Of a stretch of DNA of 44,385 nt, positions 39,557-44,385 are shown piece by piece. The notes below the pieces were generated by a model. It saw nothing but the letters and a program-made list of their open reading frames with translations, was not told the origin of the DNA and did not search any database. Source of the DNA: an uncultured bacterium (GTDB lineage: Bacteria > B130-G9); the NCBI GenBank assembly GCA_965372715.1, contig CBDVDH010000030.1:1-44385 (forward strand), read 5' to 3'. Both the position numbers and the translations under genes were made by a program. Each line of letters opens with the position of its first letter. Within the stretch, counting starts at the first letter, position 1.

Positions 39557-39754
39557 TGTTGCCACTTTCGCTTATTAAGATTTTTGTAATTGGGCTGATC
39601 GTTATTATAATTCTGTCGCTAAACTATAATAAGACTGCCCCGGGCCAGTCAATCGCCATCCTTCCGCCCGTTCTCCTATCGCCGGAAGTGCGCACCGATT
39701 CCTCAGAACGTCCTCAGGTCCGTGAGACAACAAGGGATACTCCTGTTGCCAGCC

Positions 39755-39979
39755 TCAGAGCTTCAGGTTCTTCGTCGTGTGCCCGTCCTCTTTCCCTGCT
39801 TTCGGGGCTTTTTTGAACGTGATGTTTGTGTGGCGTGACGAGGGATAGTCGATGCCCTTGCCGCTCTAACTGCTCTTAAACGGCGGGTCGAGATAGACAA
39901 GATCAACGGATTCCTTCTCCAGGTGTAACCTGATGATCTCCAGATTATCACCATAGTAGAGGAGGTTCTTATCTTCCAT
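39755..39979 (-). pseudogene. Internally deleted copy of the methyltransferase-endonuclease gene
   Basis: Translates MEDKNLLYYGDNLEIIRLHLEKESVDLVYLDPPFKSS* then, in frame, SGKGIDYPSSRHTNITFKKAPKAGKEDGHTTKNLKL*. These match the first and last ~36 residues of the 32184-33801 gene. Confidence 0.9.
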
Positions 39980-40002
39980 CGCTAGACCCTAACACCACGA
40001 TG

Positions 40003-40989
40003 CTACCACCTGACGATTGAGGCGCCCCACGTATAGCCCGAGCCGAACGCCGTCAAGAGTATCAGGTCGCCCTTTTGTATCATGCCCGTGGCCTGCGCCT
40101 CGTCCAGCGAAAGTGGTATCGATGCCGAGGAGGTGTTTCCGTGTTTCTGTATCGAGGGGACGACCTTATCAATACTAGTGCCAAGCCTCTTGACAAGGGC
40201 TTCTATGATCCGCCAGTTGGCCTGATGAGGGAAGATCATCTTCATCTGCTCGACCGTCATGTTCTGCTCTTGTAGAGCGTAGGTCGATATCTTGGCCATG
40301 CACCTAATCGCCATCTTGAATACTGACTGGCCATCCATCCATATATAGTGCATCCGCTTCTTGACTGTTTCCACGCTTGCGGGATTTCTGGAGCCGCCGG
40401 CTGGCAGCTTCAACGAATCACCGTAAGAGCCATCTGACTTCATGTGCACGCAGAGAATGCGGGACTTTTCGGAATCATCCGACGCCTGGACTACGATAGC
40501 GCCGGCGCCATCGCCGAATAGCACGCACGTCGTTCTGTCCTCAAAATTGGTGAACCTCGATAGCACCTCGCTGCCGATAACGAGAATGGTCTTATATCGG
40601 CCTGCTTTTATCATGTTGTACGCAACGAACAGGCCGCAGATGAAGCCGGAGCAGCCAGCGGTCACGTCGAACGCCATGGCCTTCTTGGCCCCGAGCTTCG
40701 CTTGCGTCAAGCACGCGGTTGAGGGGAATGCCATGTCGCCCGTAGCAGTGCCCACGATGATGCACTCGACGTCTTCCGGGGATACCGAGGCCCTCTCGAG
40801 GGCGATGAGAGACGCGCGATGGGCAAGGTCAGAGGAGGCCTCATCATCCGCGCAGTAGCGCCGCTCCTTGATCCCTGTTCTCGTGGTTATCCACTCGTCC
40901 GTTGTATCGACGATCTTCATCATGTCCTCGTTGGTAACGATCCTTTCAGGAACGTAGCTTCCGATGCTTGTTATCCTTGCCTGAACCAT
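40003..40989 (-). CDS. fabH: Beta-ketoacyl-ACP synthase III
   Basis: DTTDEWITTRTGI, AGCSGF, LFGDGAGA, HQAN, HGNTSSASIP. Confidence 0.96.
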   Translation of the reverse strand: MVQARITSIGSYVPERIVTNEDMMKIVDTTDEWITTRTGIKERRYCADDEASSDLAHRASLIALERASVSPEDVECIIVGTATGDMAFPSTACLTQAKLGAKKAMAFDVTAGCSGFICGLFVAYNMIKAGRYKTILVIGSEVLSRFTNFEDRTTCVLFGDGAGAIVVQASDDSEKSRILCVHMKSDGSYGDSLKLPAGGSRNPASVETVKKRMHYIWMDGQSVFKMAIRCMAKISTYALQEQNMTVEQMKMIFPHQANWRIIEALVKRLGTSIDKVVPSIQKHGNTSSASIPLSLDEAQATGMIQKGDLILLTAFGSGYTWGASIVRW

Positions 40990-40998
40990 ATTTTCTCC

Positions 40999-42018
40999 TC
41001 AATTCGTAGCGCTACGAAGTTCCATCTTCTCTGCTATTTGCTGCGCTATGTCGGATTCGGCGAAATCGTGAGCCCTCTTCAAAGCGTTTCGGATGGCCTT
41101 GGCGTTCGAGCCACCGTGGCATATCACACAGACACCGTTGACGCCCAGGAGAATGGCGCCGCCGTATTCGGCGGGGTCCATCTGCTTCTTGAGGCGCTTG
41201 AACGAGGGTTTCACAAGGGCTGCTCCCACCTTAGTCAGGATGCTTGACGATGACAGAGCGTCTTTCATCATGCCCATGACCGTCTCGGCAACGCCCTCGG
41301 TGATTTTCAGCACAATGTTCCCCACAAAACCGTCGCACACAACAACATCAACGTCACCCTTGAAAACGTCTCGGCCCTCCACGTTGCCAACGAAATCGAT
41401 CATGGGCTCCTCGCGCATCGCCTGAAGCACACGCCGGCTGAACTCGTTGCCTTTAGTATCCTCCGTGCCAATGCTCAGAAGGCCCACCTTCGGCCTGTCT
41501 TTCTGCAACACGATGCTCGTATAGACGCTGCCCATCACACCAAACTGAACAAGATAATCGATCTTGCAGTCAACGTTCGCGCCCAGGTCCAGGACAACGG
41601 TCCCGTGCTTGCGGTTGGGGAAAACCTGAGCAATCGCAGGCCGCTGCACGCCCTTTGCAAGGCCAAACTCGCACCGCGCGGCGGCCATCGCGGCCCCGGT
41701 GTTCCCAGCCGAAACTACTCCGGCGGCCTCACCCTTCTTAACCAAGTTCGATGCGATTCTTATCGACGAGCGCCTCTTACCACGAATGACGACCGAAGGG
41801 GCGTCAGACATGGACACAACCTCGGGCGCGTGGCAGACCTCGATCCTGTCGTTTTCCCTCTCGCCAAGCTGAGCCAACTGCGCCTTTATCTTCTGTTCCT
41901 CACCAACGAGGACGACTTCGATACCGAAGTCAGACGCCGCTCGAATTGCACCTTTGACTGTCTCAAGAGGCGCGAAATCGCCTCCCATAGCGTCTAGAGC
42001 AATTGGGCCCTTGGGCAT
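40999..42018 (-). CDS. plsX: Phosphate acyltransferase
   Basis: IALDAMGGDFAP, VSAGNTGA, LDLGANVD, CDGFVGNIVLK, HGGS. Confidence 0.97.
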   Translation of the reverse strand: MPKGPIALDAMGGDFAPLETVKGAIRAASDFGIEVVLVGEEQKIKAQLAQLGERENDRIEVCHAPEVVSMSDAPSVVIRGKRRSSIRIASNLVKKGEAAGVVSAGNTGAAMAAARCEFGLAKGVQRPAIAQVFPNRKHGTVVLDLGANVDCKIDYLVQFGVMGSVYTSIVLQKDRPKVGLLSIGTEDTKGNEFSRRVLQAMREEPMIDFVGNVEGRDVFKGDVDVVVCDGFVGNIVLKITEGVAETVMGMMKDALSSSSILTKVGAALVKPSFKRLKKQMDPAEYGGAILLGVNGVCVICHGGSNAKAIRNALKRAHDFAESDIAQQIAEKMELRSATN

Positions 42019-42021
42019 TGT

Positions 42022-42204
42022 CTATTCTTCGGCGATTTCAAGGACCTGCTCCCCGCCAAGATGCCCGCACTTCGCGCATACTACGTGGGGAAGCTTCGGA
42101 GCCTTGCAGTTTGGACAACGAACTATGGATGGCGGACGAAGAGCCTTTTGAGATGACCTCATCCGCCTCCTCGCACGGGACGTTCTTCGTTTCGGAACTG
42201 CCAT
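42022..42204 (-). CDS. rpmF: 50S ribosomal protein L32 (zinc-binding type)
   Basis: MAVPKRRTSRARR...CPNC....LPH.VC..CG. Confidence 0.96.
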   Translation of the reverse strand: MAVPKRRTSRARRRMRSSQKALRPPSIVRCPNCKAPKLPHVVCAKCGHLGGEQVLEIAEE

Positions 42205-42205
42205 A

Positions 42206-42658
42206 CTAATCCTTCCTCTCTGTTTGCAAACCGATTTCCATAAGCTCAGACTTCGAGAAGAAAAAGCCGACCTCAAACTCGGCCGAGCCTTTAGAATCAG
42301 AGCCATGCACCGCATTCTGCTGAATTGACGTCCCAAGTTTCTTCCGAATCGTCCGCTCCGCAGCTTCCGCTGGGTCTGTGGCTCCCATGATCGACCGGAC
42401 CCTCGAAATGGCATCCTGGCCCTCGAGAATCGCAACTACGCACGGCCCGCCCGACATGAAATCGCACAGACCGCCGTAGAATGACTTCTCTCTGTGAACG
42501 TAGTAGAACGCCTCAGCCTGGGCCTTGGTCAACCACAGCATCTTCATAGCCGCGATCTTGAGTCCGGCGCGTTCAAAAAAGGTCAGCACCTTGCCCGCTA
42601 CGTTGCTCGCAACCGAGTCCGGCTTCACTATCACTAATGTTCTTTCAATCTCGGTCAT
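42206..42658 (-). CDS. ndk: Nucleoside diphosphate kinase
   Basis: ERTLVIVKPD, MGATDP, QNAVHGSDS. Confidence 0.96.
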   Translation of the reverse strand: MTEIERTLVIVKPDSVASNVAGKVLTFFERAGLKIAAMKMLWLTKAQAEAFYYVHREKSFYGGLCDFMSGGPCVVAILEGQDAISRVRSIMGATDPAEAAERTIRKKLGTSIQQNAVHGSDSKGSAEFEVGFFFSKSELMEIGLQTERKD

Positions 42659-42713
42659 TCTCAATTGCCGCCAAATGAGGGTGTTCCCCTAAGGTTCACG
42701 CACAGCCCATCTT

Positions 42714-42740
42714 GCAGCGGCGTGGTCTGAGACCCGCGCT
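42714..42740. repeat. Solo degenerate copy of the family-A REP unit
   Basis: GCAGCGGCGTGGTCTGAGACCCGCGCT in the methyltransferase-ndk spacer. Confidence 0.5.
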
Positions 42741-42759
42741 GCCCGATTAGAGAACACAA

Positions 42760-43575
42760 CTATTCCTTCCTGAAGTTGAGGCAGTAATGGTGAAATGTGT
42801 TGCTCACCCAGGCGTTGCCTATGCCATAGGGCGCCAACTTCTGGTCACCCTGGCACCATATCTTCTCATCCTTAAGAGCAAATACCTCGCCCAAACGTTT
42901 CCCCAAATCCCATGCGAGAGGATATACCTTGCCTCTCTTTTTAACATTTTTGACGATAACAGTCAAATACGCGCGGTCGCGCATGAGCGAATGTACCTTG
43001 CCGAATATCCCGGCAAGTTCATCAATAAATCTATCGTATTCTGCGATATTCCCCAGGTCCTCCTCGTCCGACGAATAGAACACGTCAAGCCCCGCCTCAG
43101 CCCGTTCTTTTTGCGTCTGAGCGCCTTTCTGCCTCAGCATGTCCCAATATGGCGGACTCGTTATGCAGTAATCAATCTCCGGCAAATCGAACTGGTCCAG
43201 GCGCCTCGCGTCGCCCTCGAGAAGCACAGCCTGTCGGACAGGTCCGACGTGTCCGACTTGTCTGACCGCTCTGAGCGCGTCGGCGACTCGCTCCCTTGCG
43301 ATGGCGGCGTATTGGGGATTGAGCTCAATCCCGAAGCCCTTTCTGGCAGTTGAGATGCACGCCAGCAGCGTCGAACCCGTGCCTGCCATCGGGTCCAAGA
43401 CCGTCTGGCCCGACTTTGTGAAGAAGCGTACGAACTCGGAAACCAACTCCTCTGGGAACTTAGCCGGGTGAACAAGAACATCCTTTGAGCGACGAGCCGG
43501 GTTCAGCTCGAACCAGCTCTTCTGGAACTTAATCCATTCTTTGGGGGAGAGATCATTCAGACGGTTCTTGAGCAT
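42760..43575 (-). CDS. Orphan DNA methyltransferase (N4-cytosine/N6-adenine type; SAM motif precedes SPPY)
   Basis: HPAKFP, DPMAGTGST, GIELN, ITSPPYW. Confidence 0.85.
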   Translation of the reverse strand: MLKNRLNDLSPKEWIKFQKSWFELNPARRSKDVLVHPAKFPEELVSEFVRFFTKSGQTVLDPMAGTGSTLLACISTARKGFGIELNPQYAAIARERVADALRAVRQVGHVGPVRQAVLLEGDARRLDQFDLPEIDYCITSPPYWDMLRQKGAQTQKERAEAGLDVFYSSDEEDLGNIAEYDRFIDELAGIFGKVHSLMRDRAYLTVIVKNVKKRGKVYPLAWDLGKRLGEVFALKDEKIWCQGDQKLAPYGIGNAWVSNTFHHYCLNFRKE

Positions 43576-44302
43576 CTGAACCCGTTTGGGGCTTGGGCAG
43601 AAAGTCGCAACAACAGCGGAAGCTTACGGACGGAATCCTATAGAACTTGGTGGCCTTTTCGGTCTTGCTCAGACATGAAACCGTATCGGAGGCCGTCGCC
43701 CAGCATCCGCCCATCAGGATAGTGTCGTCTGCCACCCCGGCGTCGGTCCACTCCCAGTAGTTGCCGAGCATGTCGTAAGCCCCATAACCGCTCGCGCAAG
43801 ACCTGTATCTGCCCGCGCCCGCCGGTTCTGACAATACTACACCTCTATCCGTCTTGCGGAGGCCATACCACTTCCAGCGATGCGTAATGTGAACCGTCGC
43901 CAGATTGCATGCCGCATACCGAAACTCGTTCCCATACGGATACTTCAGCCTCTTTTGGCCAGAACACGCCCTCGACCACTCGTCCGTCGTGCAGAGCCGC
44001 TTGCCCTGCGAAAAACAGAGCCCTACCGCCTCGGCGAACGTTACCCGGCTGCGAGGCATAACTCCCGGCTCATTCGGATACTCATACTTGTCGATGCAAA
44101 ACGTCCCCGCCGGAACCATATCGACCGGGCATTTCTGCCAGCCTTGCGGCTCATTCTGCTCCCCAAGGAAAACAAGAGGACATAAAGCCACGAGAAAAAC
44201 AACGACAACGACAACAAATCTGTATAATCTCAAACCACGCACTCCAGAGGTCTTCCGGACAGACTGTTGCCGCAATCTAGCTGTACCCATACGCTCTGTC
44301 AA
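43553..44302 (-). CDS. Formylglycine-generating enzyme (SUMF1/FGE-sulfatase) domain protein, membrane-anchored
   Basis: CPVDMV, FCIDKYEYPN, GKRLCT.DEW..AC, YPYG, G.YDMLGN.WEW, FRCC; N-terminal TM. Confidence 0.88.
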   Translation of the reverse strand: MTERMGTARLRQQSVRKTSGVRGLRLYRFVVVVVVFLVALCPLVFLGEQNEPQGWQKCPVDMVPAGTFCIDKYEYPNEPGVMPRSRVTFAEAVGLCFSQGKRLCTTDEWSRACSGQKRLKYPYGNEFRYAACNLATVHITHRWKWYGLRKTDRGVVLSEPAGAGRYRSCASGYGAYDMLGNYWEWTDAGVADDTILMGGCWATASDTVSCLSKTEKATKFYRIPSVSFRCCCDFLPKPQTGSDAQEPSE

Positions 44303-44368
44303 GGGAGGCGAGCACCCTGAAAATCACATTTAGTCCGTATTATTCATAAACTCGCGATGCCATGAGGT

Positions 44369-44385
44369 GTGGGGCGGGCTTTCCA
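44369..44385. repeat. GTGG-type REP-like unit truncated by the window end
   Basis: GTGGGGCGGGCTTTCCA matches the reverse complement of 20759-20775 at 16 of 17 positions. Confidence 0.6.

Noticed and set aside
44369-44385. Window end (…GCTTTCCA) overlapping TTCCAGCC at 166, suggesting a circular element
   Set aside because: The content is core chromosomal genes. Both ends simply fall in multicopy repeats.

Overview
Bacterial chromosomal segment, probably from a diderm (LpxH-like gene present). It is dominated by housekeeping genes: gyrA, ftsX/envC-like, tsaD, rpoD, tRNA-Asp, and a long minus-strand run ndk-rpmF-plsX-fabH...fabD-fabG-acpP-fabF-rnc-ffh-rpsP-khpA-rimM-trmD-rplS-coaD-rbfA-nrnA-truB-ccdA. 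Two things stand out. (1) The intergenic DNA holds three sequence-unrelated families of 260-330 bp non-coding elements with one shared layout: IS-like terminal inverted repeats (one element with an exact 8-bp target duplication) enclosing an inverted pair of REP-like hairpins. No transposase is encoded in the window, and two copies of one family bracket rpoD in inverted orientation. (2) The fatty-acid operon has been repeatedly invaded by defence-type genes: an intact Fic gene, an intact DarT-DarG pair, and three copies of one DNA methyltransferase-endonuclease gene at different stages of decay (frameshifted, internally deleted, short 5' remnant). Also noted are a ~184-nt rod-like RNA structure between acpP and fabF-rnc and a GyrA quinolone-binding region lacking the Ser83/Asp87 residues. 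All calls come from motif recognition and manual alignment; no searches were run.
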